From an uncultured delta proteobacterium (GTDB lineage Bacteria; Myxococcota_A; Polyangia; Polyangiales; Polyangiaceae), in contig CAVOKF010000004.1 of NCBI GenBank assembly GCA_963696385.1, positions 96,001 through 160,000 on the forward strand: a stretch of 64,000 nt of DNA, read 5' to 3'. Within the stretch, counting starts at the first letter, position 1. Every line of letters starts with the position of its first letter. Positions 43,658-55,438 of this stretch are shown here, piece by piece. The notes below the pieces were generated by a model that saw only the letters and a program-made list of their open reading frames with translations, was not told where the DNA came from and ran no database searches. Both the position numbers and the translations under genes were made by a program.

Positions 43658-44305
43658 ATGGTAACTCCGACGCTCGGATGTCGCACGTCAACCGGGGCTG
43701 ACATGAACCGGCACACCCCCCCCGCGGACGAGCTCGTCGCGCGCGCCGCCGCCGGCGACGAAGTCGCATTCCGACGACTGTACGAGCGCCATCGCACCGA
43801 CGTCGCGCGCCTGGTCTTCCGCATGCTCGGGCCCCGAGCCGACCGCGACGACGTCATTCAAGAGGTATTCGTTCAAGTGTATCGGAGTCTCAAGGATTTT
43901 CGTGGTCAATCGAAGTTCAGCACGTGGCTTCACCGCGTGACGGTCAACGTCGCGCTGATGCATCGTCGCTTCGCACGAAGCCGCCCCGTATTCGCCGACG
44001 AGCCGCCGGCCGACCTGGCTCGCAGCGACGAGGTCCCTCCTGATGAAGACGCCGAACGGCGAGAGCGCGTTCGCGCCTTGGGGCGTTTGCTCGACCGATT
44101 GGCCGACAAGAAGCGCGTGGTGTTCGTGTTGCACGAGCTCGAAGGGCTGGCGCCGAGCGAAATCGCGCGCATCGTCGGTGCCCCCGTGCTCACGGTTCGA
44201 ACGCGTCTTTTCTATGCGCGGCGGGACATCGAGGCGATGCTCGCGGAGGAGCCCGCTCTAGCGGGGATCGGCTCGGGTCTCTCGAAAGCGGGTGGCGACC
44301 CATGA
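43658..44305 (+). CDS. ECF RNA polymerase sigma factor
   Basis: DDVIQEVF, FSTWLHRVTVN, VFVLHELEG, TVRTRLFYAR; start may be 43703. Confidence 0.93.
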   Translation: MVTPTLGCRTSTGADMNRHTPPADELVARAAAGDEVAFRRLYERHRTDVARLVFRMLGPRADRDDVIQEVFVQVYRSLKDFRGQSKFSTWLHRVTVNVALMHRRFARSRPVFADEPPADLARSDEVPPDEDAERRERVRALGRLLDRLADKKRVVFVLHELEGLAPSEIARIVGAPVLTVRTRLFYARRDIEAMLAEEPALAGIGSGLSKAGGDP

Positions 44306-45537
44306 AACGTCCGATGGGCGAGTTGATCGCCGCGCTGCGTGACGAGTGGGGTGTCCAGGAGTCGGAGAACGTCGACTGGCGAGCGATCGAACGAACGGTG
44401 TTTGCACGCATCAGGCGAGAGCGCAGCGCCGAGCGGGCCCGCTTCTCGGCGGGCCGACATGGCCTTTGGGCGCTGGCGGGGGCGATTGCGGTGGCCTTCC
44501 TCGGGGTCGTCGCCGTCCTCGCCGGCAAGGGCCGCGGGATCGTCCGCGTGGATCCGGTCATGAGCCGGGACGGCCCCGCCGGAAAGATTGTGGACATGGG
44601 CGGCGCAGGACGGGTTCTCGTCAATGGCTCGGCCGCCCGATCCGGGGCCCTCGTTGTCCTGGGCGACGTCATCGAGACGCGCGGATCGGAGGTGACGATC
44701 GCACGCGACGGATCGCTGACCTTCACCGTCGAGAACAACTCGCGACTCTCCGTGAGCCACATTCGTGGACCTCTCGTTGTGTCGCTCGAACGTGGCGCCG
44801 TCCGTGCGCACGTGATGCCCGTGGCCGACGGCGAAGCATTCGCGGTCGACGTCGAGCAGTCGCGCGTCGCCGTTCACGGGACCTTTTTTCGCATCTCGCG
44901 TGCGGGGTCGCATGCCGCCGTGGACTTGATCGAAGGCGTCTTGTCCGTTGGGAACGCGCCTCGGTCCGGCCCCGTGATGGGCACGATTGTCACGGCGCCC
45001 GCGCACGCCGACTTTACGGTGTCGAATGCGGTCGCAACGATGAAGGTGACGCACGACGCCGACGCGATCCGTCCGCTGCCCGCGTCGGCGTTCCCGTCGG
45101 ACGCCGAGCCCGCTGCCGTCGCGGCGCAGCGCTTGCGCGCGAAGGCGCAGTCGGAGGGCGGCGCGCCACCGTGGTCGCCCCCCGTCAACGATCGACCCTC
45201 ACCGCGTGTCGTCGGATCGGCAAGCGCCGGTCCGGAGGTCGCGGCCGGGTCCCCCGGTTCGATGCCGAGGCAAGCCGCAGGCGTCGAAGCCTCGGCGAGC
45301 GATGCGATCGAGTCGGCCGTGCTCGCGTGCATGGCCGAGCGGCCCCACCCCGACAACGTGACGGTCCTGGTGCACACGACGCTCTACCTCGAGATCGGCG
45401 ACGACGGTTCCGTGCGTACGGCCCGGTTCGATCCCCCCGTGGCCCCCGAGGTGAACGGGTGCGCGTCGTCTGCGATCTACAAAGCGCATTTCCCGCAGCG
45501 CGGAACCGTCGCCATTCCGGTCGAGTTCAAGAACTGA
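44302..45537 (+). CDS. FecR-domain anti-sigma factor-like membrane protein
   Basis: ATGA-coupled to the sigma gene; TM segment; VAVHGTFF and LIEGVL FecR motifs; TonB-C-like tail. Confidence 0.82.
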   Translation: MKRPMGELIAALRDEWGVQESENVDWRAIERTVFARIRRERSAERARFSAGRHGLWALAGAIAVAFLGVVAVLAGKGRGIVRVDPVMSRDGPAGKIVDMGGAGRVLVNGSAARSGALVVLGDVIETRGSEVTIARDGSLTFTVENNSRLSVSHIRGPLVVSLERGAVRAHVMPVADGEAFAVDVEQSRVAVHGTFFRISRAGSHAAVDLIEGVLSVGNAPRSGPVMGTIVTAPAHADFTVSNAVATMKVTHDADAIRPLPASAFPSDAEPAAVAAQRLRAKAQSEGGAPPWSPPVNDRPSPRVVGSASAGPEVAAGSPGSMPRQAAGVEASASDAIESAVLACMAERPHPDNVTVLVHTTLYLEIGDDGSVRTARFDPPVAPEVNGCASSAIYKAHFPQRGTVAIPVEFKN

Positions 45538-45597
45538 TTGCGCTCCTCGTTCACGTCGTCGGCCGTTTTCGGGCGCAGAGTCGATCCGGATCGAAGA

Positions 45598-45903
45598 TCA
45601 GTCCTTGGTCAGCTCGGTGATGGCGTGCGTCTCGCGCGCGCCAAGCAACCCAAACTGGATCCCCATGCCGTCCGCCCGCCCCCAACGGACGACCCCCGGA
45701 ATCGCGAGCGCGGCGCGCTGGCCGGGGACGAGCATGGTGACGACGACTTCCGTCGAGAAGGTCAGAGGATTCGCCGACTGGATGAACATGCCGCCGAGCG
45801 ACAAATCCTTTGCTCGTCCCTTCCGCCGCTCGCTCGAGCCCTTGCCGACGAACTCGACTTCGATGTCGATGGGCGCACGTGTGTAACGACGGAGATCGAC
45901 CAA
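45598..45903 (-). CDS. PilZ domain protein
   Basis: RRYTR and DLSLGG c-di-GMP binding motifs, GMGIQF. Confidence 0.9.
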   Translation of the reverse strand: MVDLRRYTRAPIDIEVEFVGKGSSERRKGRAKDLSLGGMFIQSANPLTFSTEVVVTMLVPGQRAALAIPGVVRWGRADGMGIQFGLLGARETHAITELTKD

Positions 45904-45933
45904 GGGTCCTCTTTTCGCCGACCTGACGTCCGG

Positions 45934-46920
45934 ATGATACCATTGCTGGGAGTGCGCGAGGCTTCCAAACCTTCTCGAGTGCGCGAGTCGCGCGAGGCGA
46001 TGTGGCTGGCGCTCGTACCGATCGGCGTTGCGATTACACTGGGCCTGCTCCTATTCCCGCGGCAAGCACTGCCCGACTCGGTACCCCTGCCGATACCGGA
46101 CCCAGGCGCACTCGCGCGCGCGGCGGCGGTGGATCACGATCTCGCTGAAAAAGCACGACGAGAGTCGCTACCCGCGAACATCCGAGCGCTGGGATCCGCT
46201 CTGCGCGAGCTCCACCTGGTCGAAGTGGGCGCGGAGCCCACGCGCTCGGTCGCGCAAATGCGCCAAGCCATCGACTCGCTGACGGCCCAGGCCCTCGCCG
46301 GGGGGGACGAGACGCTGTTGCAATTGCGGGCCGTGCAACTCGAGTCGTTTCTCGCGGAGGCTCGTCGCTTCGAAGCGACCCGGACGCAGTCGGCGGAGCT
46401 CGTCAGCGTGGCGGGTGGCTTCGTGCATTCGATGGAGACCGAAGGCTGGTACGACGGACGCTCCTTCGAGGCATCCGACGCGGCGCTTCGGGCCATGTTC
46501 AAGGAAATGTGGAACGCGGTCGTCGGTCTCGACAAGCGCGAGTCATTTCGGCCCCCGCTCGACGAGGAGCGAGCTCTGTACGCGCTGTACCTGGCCCATC
46601 CTCACGCGGCGCCCGCGATGCGCGACGCGGTCGCTGCGGCGCGCCGTGGCGCTCGCGACGCGCGAACGTGCGAGGCCGTAGCCGTACTCCAGCGAACCGC
46701 TGTGGAGACCTGGCGGATCGAGCGCATCTCGCGGTTGGCCGCGATCGATCCGCAGTACCCGGCGGCCTACGCGCGGGGCATCGCGAACCTGCGGCGTGGC
46801 GAGTACGCGCGCGCGGTCGATGACCTCAGCGCGTGGCTGCGCGACCACCCGGATGGTCCGCTCACCCTTCGCGCGCACAACTACCTTCGCGCGGCGGTTG
46901 CCGCCTCCCGCGTGCAGTGA
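45934..46920 (+). CDS. Hypothetical membrane-anchored protein with C-terminal TPR-like helices
   Basis: N-terminal TM segment; YARGIANLRRGEYARA. Start is uncertain. Confidence 0.7.
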   Translation: MIPLLGVREASKPSRVRESREAMWLALVPIGVAITLGLLLFPRQALPDSVPLPIPDPGALARAAAVDHDLAEKARRESLPANIRALGSALRELHLVEVGAEPTRSVAQMRQAIDSLTAQALAGGDETLLQLRAVQLESFLAEARRFEATRTQSAELVSVAGGFVHSMETEGWYDGRSFEASDAALRAMFKEMWNAVVGLDKRESFRPPLDEERALYALYLAHPHAAPAMRDAVAAARRGARDARTCEAVAVLQRTAVETWRIERISRLAAIDPQYPAAYARGIANLRRGEYARAVDDLSAWLRDHPDGPLTLRAHNYLRAAVAASRVQ

Positions 46921-47059
46921 CGATGCGCGTGCCGCTCATCGCCGACGATCAGAAGCTCGCGCGCCTGTTTCCCCGGGCGCGGGGGCTGATCCACGGGGCG
47001 GAAGCCGGTTACGAGTTGCCCATTTCAAGCGGGGGTCGATAGCCTCGACCCGACGTTTC

Positions 47060-47695
47060 ATGCGCGGATGGCTCAAGGGACTCACGTGGGTGGCGACGAT
47101 CGTCGGGGGCGCGCTCATCGCGCTCTACGTCACGGCATTCGACGTCTGGACGGTGCCGACCGACGACCCGTTGCTCGCGGCCTCGGTCCAACCCACGCTC
47201 ATGGCCGGGGATCTGGTCGTCGTCACGCGCCATGCGAGCGTCGACCGTGCCAACCTGCTCCGATGCCCGGACCCGCAGGCTGCGGGACGTTACGTCGTCG
47301 CCCGAGCCATCGGCGGGCCGCGCGAGGAAATCGAAATCCAAAGCGAAATCGTGACCCTCGACGGCCATCGGCTTCCGAGCCCACGGGCATGCGATCAGAC
47401 GGCGTGGGTTGTCTTTGATCCGAATGCCAACCAGGACGTTACGCTCGCTTGCGCCGAGGAGGACTACGGAGAAATGCCGTTTTCAGCCCTTCGATCGATC
47501 GATCATCCAGAACCGCCCACGAAGGCTCGGGTCGAGCCCGGCCGGTGGTTTCTTGTCAGCGACGACCGACATGTTCACCTGGATTCACGCGACTACGGGC
47601 AAATCGATGTGGCAAACTGCCAGCATGTCGTCTTCCGCCTGCTCGGGGCCAAAGGGATGTCGGATGCTCGTTCGCGGCTGAACATCATCTGGTGA
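47060..47695 (+). CDS. S26 family signal peptidase-like protein (atypical active site)
   Basis: SVQPTLMAGD, VVARAIG, SDDR..LDSRDYG boxes. Confidence 0.75.
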   Translation: MRGWLKGLTWVATIVGGALIALYVTAFDVWTVPTDDPLLAASVQPTLMAGDLVVVTRHASVDRANLLRCPDPQAAGRYVVARAIGGPREEIEIQSEIVTLDGHRLPSPRACDQTAWVVFDPNANQDVTLACAEEDYGEMPFSALRSIDHPEPPTKARVEPGRWFLVSDDRHVHLDSRDYGQIDVANCQHVVFRLLGAKGMSDARSRLNIIW

Positions 47696-47734
47696 GCACC
47701 TGCGGCCGTTTTTTTTGGTAAGGTTCATCGAGGG

Positions 47735-48853
47735 ATGTCTTTCGACATCGGCATCGTTTGCGGGCGCTGCGATCGGTACAACGCGGCGAGCGCGAGGCAG
47801 TGCGTTTGCGGCCACGATCTCGCCCTCGGGCGGACGATCATCGCCGTGCAAGCCGAGGTCGGGTTGGCCAAGCCGCAATCGTTATTTTTCGGCAAAGACG
47901 ATCTGAAGCCCCGACGGGCGCCGTCGGGCACCGGCGTAGCGGTCGCCGCTTGGGCGGCCACTAATGACCGCCGACAAGAATCGGCGCTATCTTCGCCGCG
48001 AGTATTTGACGACGATGTCCCGTCAGGGAAAGGCGAGGCGCTCGCGCCCGCCCCGTCGCTGGAGGAGTTGATGGATCAGGCCAAGAACTTCGTCTGCAAG
48101 TCGTGCTCGACGCCCGTGCCGTTGGGCCACAAATTCTGCGGACGGTGCGGCGCCGCGATCCCCGCCGACATGGTCAACGTGCGCACGCAGTTTTTTGGAC
48201 AGCTCCAAGTTCTCGGCAAAGCAAAACTCATCTTGATCCGGGGCGACGGGGTCGAGGGGTTGAGCTATCAGCTCAACGCGGAGCAGCATCTCGTCGGGCG
48301 CAACGGGCAGCTCGTATTCCCCGACGATCCGTTCATTTCGCCTCGGCACGCCAATCTGTTCTACCGGAGCGGCCGCCTGGTCGTTCGCGACGAAGGTTCG
48401 ACCAACGGCGTGTTTTGGCGAGTGCGCGGCACGGTCGACCTTGCTCCCGACGACTACTTCCTCGCTGGCGAGCAACTCTTTCGGGTCGAGGGGCCACCTC
48501 GTCCGAATGACGGTCCTGGCGCCGATGGGACGTACTTCTACTCGTCGCCAAAGCATCAGACGCGCTTCAAAGTCATCCAGTTCCTTCAGGGAGGGGCGCC
48601 TGGCATGGCGGTATGCGCCAAAGGCAGCAGCGTGCAGATCGGGCGAGAGGGCGGCGAGATGAATTTTCCGGGCGACCTCTATATGAGTGCAGCCCACTGC
48701 AGAATCGAGGACGCCGGAGGGCGATTGACGCTGACCGACTTGAACAGCAAGAACGGCACCTATCTCCGACTCAAAGCGGAGAGGGAACTCTCCCACGGCG
48801 ACTATCTGTTCATCGGGCGCAAGCTGCTTCGGGTCGAGATCACGGTGAATTAG
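47735..48853 (+). CDS. Zn-ribbon + tandem FHA domain protein
   Basis: CxxC pairs; VGR..SPRH..STNG and IGR..SAAH..SKNGT FHA motifs. Confidence 0.9.
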   Translation: MSFDIGIVCGRCDRYNAASARQCVCGHDLALGRTIIAVQAEVGLAKPQSLFFGKDDLKPRRAPSGTGVAVAAWAATNDRRQESALSSPRVFDDDVPSGKGEALAPAPSLEELMDQAKNFVCKSCSTPVPLGHKFCGRCGAAIPADMVNVRTQFFGQLQVLGKAKLILIRGDGVEGLSYQLNAEQHLVGRNGQLVFPDDPFISPRHANLFYRSGRLVVRDEGSTNGVFWRVRGTVDLAPDDYFLAGEQLFRVEGPPRPNDGPGADGTYFYSSPKHQTRFKVIQFLQGGAPGMAVCAKGSSVQIGREGGEMNFPGDLYMSAAHCRIEDAGGRLTLTDLNSKNGTYLRLKAERELSHGDYLFIGRKLLRVEITVN

Positions 48854-48973
48854 CCAGCTCGGCGCGCCCGCAGCACGGTTCCCGAACGCGCCGCCGTGCG
48901 GCCGGCCCGCACCCGACACGGGCGATACTGGGCGTGGAAGTGCGATTGTGTCACGTTACACGGACGAGCGCTC

Positions 48974-51031
48974 ATGCCCAATCGACTTGTCCGCGAAGCG
49001 TCGCCGTACCTGCGTCAACACGGTGACAATCCAGTCGATTGGTTTCCCTGGGGCACCGAAGCCCTCGATCGGGCCACGGCCGAGAACAAGCCGATTCTGC
49101 TGAGCATCGGCTACTCTGCCTGCCACTGGTGCCACGTCATGGCGGCGGAGTCGTTCGAGAACGAGGCGATTGCCCAGCTCATGAACGAATGGTTTATCAA
49201 CATCAAAGTCGACCGCGAGGAGAGGCCGGATCTCGACCAAATCTACCAATCGGTCGTCCAGCTCACGGGCCGAACTGGCGGGTGGCCCCTCACGGTCTTT
49301 CTGACCCCCAACCAACGCCCTTTTTTTGCGGGTACGTACTTTCCTCCGGTCGACCGGTACGGCATGTCGGGCTTTCCCAAGGTCCTGCACGCGGTGTGGG
49401 AGGCGTACCGGACGCGGCGCGAGCAGGTCGACGCGCAGGCCGAGGAGATCGCTCACGCGATTGCAGAAGCATCGGTGCCCGGCCGGCGCGCCTCGGTCGA
49501 CCTGTCCTCCGCGCTCATCAATCGGGCCATGCAAAAGGTCATCGCACGCTTCGACGATGCCCACGGTGGCTTCGGACACCGTCCGAAGTTTCCCAACGCC
49601 ACGTGCCTCGACTTGTTGCTTCGGTCGAACGGGCGCGAGCGACTCGCCAAAGCGCTTTACGCCATGCGCCTGGGTGGCATTTGGGACCACCTGGGCGGCG
49701 GATTCCACCGCTACTCGACCGATGCGCGCTGGCAGGTCCCTCACTTCGAAAAGATGCTCTACGACAATGCGCAGCTGTTGCGGCTCTACACGGACGCCTG
49801 GCGTGCGGTTGGGGACCCGATCTACGAGCGAACGGCGCGCGAGATCGCCGCGTACGTCGCGCGCGAGATGACGGCGCCCGAGGGGGGCTTCTACACCGCC
49901 CAGGACGCCGACAGCGAGGGACAAGAAGGGAGGTTCTTCGTGTGGAGCCCGCGCGAAATCGACGTCGCCTGCGACGCCGACGTCGACGCCGCTCGCGTCG
50001 CCCGGCTCGCGTTCGGCGTGACGGAGCAAGGTAACTTCGAAAACACCGGATCGACTGTCCTCTCGCGCACCGAGCCGCTGGATCGTGTGGCCCAGACGCT
50101 CGGCATGGGTCTGCGCGAGGCCGAGGACGCGCTCGATCGGGCGCGTTCGGCGATGCTGTCTGCCCGTGAGCGGCGCGTTCGGCCGCTTCGCGACGACAAG
50201 ATCCTGGCGAGCTGGAACGGCCTGATGGCGGGAGCACTCGCCGCGTCGGGTGCCGCGCTGGACGACCGGGCGATGGTCGCCGCGGCCGAGCGCGCGCTGT
50301 CCTTCGTCGGTGCTTCGCTCGTCGTGGCCGAGAGCGAAACGCGTGCGAGGGTGCTGCGTCATTCCAAAGACGGCGTCGTACGCGGTCCGGGATTCCTCGA
50401 CGACCACGCCTTCGTTGGCGATGCGGCGCTCGATCTCTATGAAGCGACCGCGCGTCCCGATTGGGTGCGGCTGGCGAGATCGATCGCCGAGTCGATTCTG
50501 GCGCACTTCCACGACGCCTCCAACGACGCGTTTTTTTTCACGCCCGATGACGGCGAGGCCATTCTGGTCCGCCCGAGGGATGCTTTCGATCACGCCGTTC
50601 CGAGCGGCGCGGCGATTGCGTGCAGGCTTCTGCTACGACTGGGGGGGCTCGTCCATGCGCCGTACGGCGAGGTCGCTGCAAGAGCGATCGAGAGGCTCGC
50701 GCCCGCGGCCGCCGAGAATCCGCTCGGGATGAGCGTTACCGTGGCGCTTGCCGATCGGCTCGTTCGCGGCTGTGTCGATGTGGTGCTTATAGGCCCGACC
50801 GAGAGCGCGGAGACGCGGGCGATGGCGCGTGTCGTCCATCGCACATACGTACCCGACCGGCTTCTGGCCTGGGCCGATCCCACGAACCCGTACGCCTACG
50901 CGGCGTGCGTCCAGGCTGCCGAGGGCAAACCGGCGCAACCGGGCACAACGGCCTACGTGTGCCGCGGTCGTTCCTGTTCGTTGCCTTTGCGGGACCCTTC
51001 GAAGGTCGGGCTGGCGATCCTCTCCGGATGA
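48974..51031 (+). CDS. Thioredoxin-domain protein, YyaL/SSP411 (DUF255) family
   Basis: [38 protein letters not shown]. Confidence 0.95.
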   Translation: MPNRLVREASPYLRQHGDNPVDWFPWGTEALDRATAENKPILLSIGYSACHWCHVMAAESFENEAIAQLMNEWFINIKVDREERPDLDQIYQSVVQLTGRTGGWPLTVFLTPNQRPFFAGTYFPPVDRYGMSGFPKVLHAVWEAYRTRREQVDAQAEEIAHAIAEASVPGRRASVDLSSALINRAMQKVIARFDDAHGGFGHRPKFPNATCLDLLLRSNGRERLAKALYAMRLGGIWDHLGGGFHRYSTDARWQVPHFEKMLYDNAQLLRLYTDAWRAVGDPIYERTAREIAAYVAREMTAPEGGFYTAQDADSEGQEGRFFVWSPREIDVACDADVDAARVARLAFGVTEQGNFENTGSTVLSRTEPLDRVAQTLGMGLREAEDALDRARSAMLSARERRVRPLRDDKILASWNGLMAGALAASGAALDDRAMVAAAERALSFVGASLVVAESETRARVLRHSKDGVVRGPGFLDDHAFVGDAALDLYEATARPDWVRLARSIAESILAHFHDASNDAFFFTPDDGEAILVRPRDAFDHAVPSGAAIACRLLLRLGGLVHAPYGEVAARAIERLAPAAAENPLGMSVTVALADRLVRGCVDVVLIGPTESAETRAMARVVHRTYVPDRLLAWADPTNPYAYAACVQAAEGKPAQPGTTAYVCRGRSCSLPLRDPSKVGLAILSG

Positions 51032-51053
51032 AGCGGCACACGACGGACACGGA

Positions 51054-52430
51054 TCACTCGACGACCCGACGGGGACGGGCGCCCCGGACATTGCGGTGAA
51101 TGGGCGGCGGTCGAGTGGACGCGGCCCGAGCCACGCCGGCATCGGTCGACCTGAGCTTGAGCGCCGGGTCTCTGCTCTTGCCCGCCGCGGTGAGCTCGGC
51201 TTCAAACACGTCGATGGCGGAGCTCATCAGTTCTGTACGCGCAAAGCGGCCCGCGCGGCCGCTCTCGAGTCGCGGCAGAACGGCAACAATCCGCCTCACG
51301 CCGTCGGCGATGCGTCGCGGGACGGCGATTCGTTCGATTACCGGGTCGAGGAAGTCGGCGATCGCCCGTGCCTTGTCGCGTTCACCCGCGGAGGCCTCGT
51401 CGAGAGGCTCCTTGAGCAACAGAGCCCAAAGCACGATGTCATCGAGCGGACGCCCACGGGCTCGCGTCATCGCGTCGAGCGCCCCCATCTTCCGGAAGAA
51501 GCGCACTGCGCCGCCAGCCGTCGCTTCGTCGTCGTCGAGGAACGCGGCGAGCTCCGGCAGCATCACCGACATCGTGCCCGTCTCCCAGAGAAGCCACATC
51601 GATCGATGCGCCGCTCCGCCTCGGAGCAGGCGCAGAATTTCTTCGAACAGACGTGGTCGCGCGGCCTTCGCCAAGTCCTCGCGGGCTGCGACCATGGCGT
51701 CATAGACGTCCGGCGCGATCCCCAAATCGAGCCGCGCGGCAAACTTTATCGCGCGCAAAATTCGGATGGGATCCTCGCGGAATCGGACCATCGGATCGCC
51801 GATCGTGTGAATCGTGCGCTGCCGGATGTCGTGCATTCCCCCGCACCAATCGAGGACGTGCCGGCGATCGAGATCGTAGAACAGCGCATTGATCGTGAAG
51901 TCGCGCCGTAGCGCGTCTTCGTGCGCCTCGCCGAACACGTTGTCGCTTCGAATGAGGATGTCGTCGAACACTTCGCTCGCCTCGTCTTCCGGCGCTTCCA
52001 TGGCAGGATTGCGCCGAAAGGTGGCGACCTCGATGACTTTGCCGCCTCCGAACAAGATGTGGGCGAGCCGAAAGCGGCGGCCGATGATCCGGCAGTTTCG
52101 AAATAATGCGCGGACGTCCTCCGGCCGGGCGCTCGTCGCAATGTCGAAATCTTTCGGCTTGCCCCCGAGCAGAAGGTCTCGGACGCAGCCCCCGACCAGG
52201 TATGCCTGGAACCCGCTGCGCTCAAGCCTCCTCACGACCTTTGCCGCATCCGGATCGATTCGGTCGTCGTCGAAGAGCCCGTCGTGATGGCGCATCAGGC
52301 CCGTACCGGCGTGCCTCTCCAGGGGGTCACGCCGACGGGACACGCCCGGGGCGCGCGCTTGGGCGTCGTCTTCGACCGTAAACGACGGGAGGTCAGGCGG
52401 CGCGGGCAGATGGTCGTCGGGCGGAGGCAT
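51054..52430 (-). CDS. pcnB: Poly(A) polymerase I
   Basis: VGGCVRD, DFDIAT, PAP-specific IIGRRFRLAHI, RRDFTINA, EDPIRILR. Confidence 0.93.
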   Translation of the reverse strand: MPPPDDHLPAPPDLPSFTVEDDAQARAPGVSRRRDPLERHAGTGLMRHHDGLFDDDRIDPDAAKVVRRLERSGFQAYLVGGCVRDLLLGGKPKDFDIATSARPEDVRALFRNCRIIGRRFRLAHILFGGGKVIEVATFRRNPAMEAPEDEASEVFDDILIRSDNVFGEAHEDALRRDFTINALFYDLDRRHVLDWCGGMHDIRQRTIHTIGDPMVRFREDPIRILRAIKFAARLDLGIAPDVYDAMVAAREDLAKAARPRLFEEILRLLRGGAAHRSMWLLWETGTMSVMLPELAAFLDDDEATAGGAVRFFRKMGALDAMTRARGRPLDDIVLWALLLKEPLDEASAGERDKARAIADFLDPVIERIAVPRRIADGVRRIVAVLPRLESGRAGRFARTELMSSAIDVFEAELTAAGKSRDPALKLRSTDAGVARAASTRPPPIHRNVRGARPRRVVE

Positions 52431-52997
52431 AAGGCTCGCTTCTGAGCCATTGGACTAAGCGAGATACCCGTGAGCGTACCACGTCACGGGTCCCGGCTCC
52501 AGAGTGGCGACCTCAAATCTCGGATCGAGGCCGACGACCGGGCAAGGCGTTCGTGGTCCGTTTCGTCAGTCCCGCGGACCCATCCGCGGGCGCTTCGCCG
52601 TTAGCGCAAACGAACCACGAGCCTTGTTTTCCCCGGGCTCCGCCCCATGCCCCCCGAAGCCGCTCCCGCGGCTTTGCTCGTGGCCCATCCCGCAAGAACC
52701 ATTGCACTTATTGATTCGCGTGGCTTGCGGAATGGGCCCTTATTACCGGGGCGGACCGTCCCGTTCGTGCCCGGTCCTGCGCCTTTGCCCCTCCGCGCGA
52801 CGTCAAAGTCCGTGCCGTTGACGCCACGACCCTCGTGGTCAGGTTCCAGCGCGGGTCGCGCTTCGTCCGAGGGACCGGCAGTTTCCGGCCATTCACGAAG
52901 TCGTCCTGTCAGTTTAGCGGCCGTGATGCGCGGCGAAAAGTGCCGGGCGGGGCCGTAATTCACCCGCGGATATCAGAAGATTCGGAGGCAACCGACC

Positions 52998-54926
52998 ATG
53001 GGCAAGATTATCGGCATCGACCTCGGCACGACCAATAGCGTTGTGGCGATCATGGAGGGGCGCGAGCCCAAGGTGATCGTCAACGAGGAGGGGGCACGCA
53101 CGACGCCTAGCGTGGTCGCTTGGGACGACAAGGGGGACGTGTTGGTCGGCCAAATCGCCAAGCGACAGGCAGTGACCAACCCCGAGAACACCATCTTCAG
53201 CGCCAAGCGCTTCATCGGCCGGCGCTTCGAAGAGGTGCAGGAAGAGTTGAAGCGCGTTCCCTACAAGGTCGTTCGCGCGAACAACGGCGATTGCGCCTTC
53301 GTCGTGCGGGGAAAAAACGCGAGCCCACCCGAGGTGAGCGCCCATGTCCTGATGAAACTCAAGAAGGCCGCGGAGGACTATCTCGGCGAGAAGGTGACCG
53401 ACGCCGTCATCACGGTCCCGGCTTATTTCAACGACGCTCAGAGGCAGGCCACGAAGGACGCGGGGCGTATCGCAGGACTCGAGGTCAAGCGCATCGTCAA
53501 CGAGCCGACGGCCGCCGCGCTCGCTTATGGCCTGGACAAGAAGAAGGACGAGGTCATTGCCGTCTACGATTTCGGCGGCGGCACGTTCGACATTTCGATT
53601 CTCGAAGTCGGCGACAACGTCGTGCAGGTCATCTCGACGAACGGCGACACGCACCTGGGTGGTGACGACGTCGACAACCTCATCATCGATTGGATGATCG
53701 CCGAGTTCAAAAAGGCCAATGGGGTTGATCTTCGCAACGACAAGATGGCTCTGCAGCGCCTCAAGGAGGCCGCCGAAAAGGCCAAAATCGAGTTGTCGAG
53801 CGTCCAGGAGACAAGCATCAACCTGCCGTACGTCACCGTCGGCGCCAGCGGGCCGATGCATCTCGATATGCGACTGTCGCGGGCCAAGCTCGAACAAATG
53901 ATCACGCCGCTCGTCGAGCGATCGATGGATCCGGTCCGCAAAGCGCTGGCCGATGCCAAGAAGAGCCCGAAGGAGATCGACGAGGTCGTGCTCGTCGGCG
54001 GTTCGACCCGAATTCCACTCGTTCAGGAGACCGTAAAGAAGTTCTTCGGCAAGGATCCCCACCGAGGCGTCAATCCCGACGAGGTGGTGGCGATCGGCGC
54101 CGCGGTGCAGGCGGGCGTGCTTTCGGGCGACGTGAAAGATCTCGTTCTGCTGGACGTCACTCCCCTGAGCCTCGGCGTCGAGACCTTGGGGGGAGTCATG
54201 ACGGTCATGATTCCGAGAAACACCACCATTCCGACGCAGAAGAAGGAAATTTTTTCGACGGCGACGGACAGCCAGCCCAGCGTCGAAATTCACGTGTTGC
54301 AAGGGGAGCGAACCGAGTCGCGCTACAACCGGACGCTCGGCAAGTTTCACCTCGAGGGCATCATGCCCGCGCCCCGCGGGGTGCCCAAGGTCGAAGTCAC
54401 GTTCGATATCGACGCGAATGGCATCTTGAGCGTCCACGCCAAAGACACGGCCACCGGCAAGGACCAGAAGATCACCATCACGGCAAACTCGGGGCTCAAC
54501 GAGAGCGAAATTCAGAAGATGGTGAAGGAGGCTCAGGAGCACGAGAGCGAGGACAAGGAGCGGCGCGAGCAGATCGAGCGCCGCAACCGGCTCGACAATC
54601 TCTGTTACACGCTGGAAAAAACGATCGGCGAAAACAAGGACAAACTCCAGGGCCAGGACGTAGCCACACTCGAAGCGCTCATCAAAGAAGGACGCGAGGC
54701 GGTCGAGAAGCAAGACGATGCCAAGGTGCAGGACGTGAGTGCGCGGCTCGAGAAAGAGGCCCATCGATTGGCCGGGGTCATGTACGGCGCGAGCGGCCCG
54801 CCTGCGGGGGGCGCGAACGGAGGTCCTGCACAGCCGCCGGGAGCGGATGGGGCGGCCGGTGGCGACAAGAAGGGCGGCAAGGAAGGTGGCGTGATCGACG
54901 CCGAGTTCGAAGAGACCGGAGGCTGA
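52998..54926 (+). CDS. dnaK: Molecular chaperone DnaK
   Basis: [35 protein letters not shown]-terminal DAEFEE. Confidence 0.99.
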   Translation: MGKIIGIDLGTTNSVVAIMEGREPKVIVNEEGARTTPSVVAWDDKGDVLVGQIAKRQAVTNPENTIFSAKRFIGRRFEEVQEELKRVPYKVVRANNGDCAFVVRGKNASPPEVSAHVLMKLKKAAEDYLGEKVTDAVITVPAYFNDAQRQATKDAGRIAGLEVKRIVNEPTAAALAYGLDKKKDEVIAVYDFGGGTFDISILEVGDNVVQVISTNGDTHLGGDDVDNLIIDWMIAEFKKANGVDLRNDKMALQRLKEAAEKAKIELSSVQETSINLPYVTVGASGPMHLDMRLSRAKLEQMITPLVERSMDPVRKALADAKKSPKEIDEVVLVGGSTRIPLVQETVKKFFGKDPHRGVNPDEVVAIGAAVQAGVLSGDVKDLVLLDVTPLSLGVETLGGVMTVMIPRNTTIPTQKKEIFSTATDSQPSVEIHVLQGERTESRYNRTLGKFHLEGIMPAPRGVPKVEVTFDIDANGILSVHAKDTATGKDQKITITANSGLNESEIQKMVKEAQEHESEDKERREQIERRNRLDNLCYTLEKTIGENKDKLQGQDVATLEALIKEGREAVEKQDDAKVQDVSARLEKEAHRLAGVMYGASGPPAGGANGGPAQPPGADGAAGGDKKGGKEGGVIDAEFEETGG

Positions 54927-55039
54927 GAGCCAACGACTCCGTTGCCTAGAAGCGCCCGCAAATCCCGTCGGCTTTGCGGGCGGTTCGCGTTTTGTACAAT
55001 GCCGGTGGCCTTGTCCGATGCTGCGTTAGCGAAGCCCTC

Positions 55040-55438
55040 GTGACGCCTGCTCGGTGGCATGGTTTCTATTGCCTCGCGCTTCTGGCGGCGCTCGTCCTCG
55101 TCCAGGGACGGGCAGAGGTCCGCCAGTGGGAGGGGGGGTACAGGCCGTTCGGTCCCGCTCCCGTGCGCGTCCCGTATTCGTGGGACATGTTCGCGATTCG
55201 AATCGACCGCTGCTCGATCCGGTGGGATCCTCCGATCGAGATCGCAGGCGCGCGCGTCTCGAGGTGGCATGATCGGACGTTTCCGCTCGAGTTCGACACC
55301 GTGTACGACCGGGCGCAGGCGTACGAGGGGGCAGCCCAGTTGGGCTGCGCCTTTCGTACGACGCCCAAGACCGTATTCAACCTGGTGTGCGTTCACGGCG
55401 ACGGTCTGATCGATGAGTCCAGTTTCGCTTGCCATTGA
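55040..55438 (+). CDS. Hypothetical exported protein
   Basis: Hydrophobic N terminus, YSWDMFA motif; overlaps the start of the HTTM gene. Start is uncertain. Confidence 0.55.
   Translation: MTPARWHGFYCLALLAALVLVQGRAEVRQWEGGYRPFGPAPVRVPYSWDMFAIRIDRCSIRWDPPIEIAGARVSRWHDRTFPLEFDTVYDRAQAYEGAAQLGCAFRTTPKTVFNLVCVHGDGLIDESSFACH

Noticed and set aside
52431..52997. CIRCE or heat-shock promoter upstream of dnaK
   Set aside because: No TTAGCACTC-N9-GAGTGCTAA and no convincing sigma32 or sigma54 consensus.
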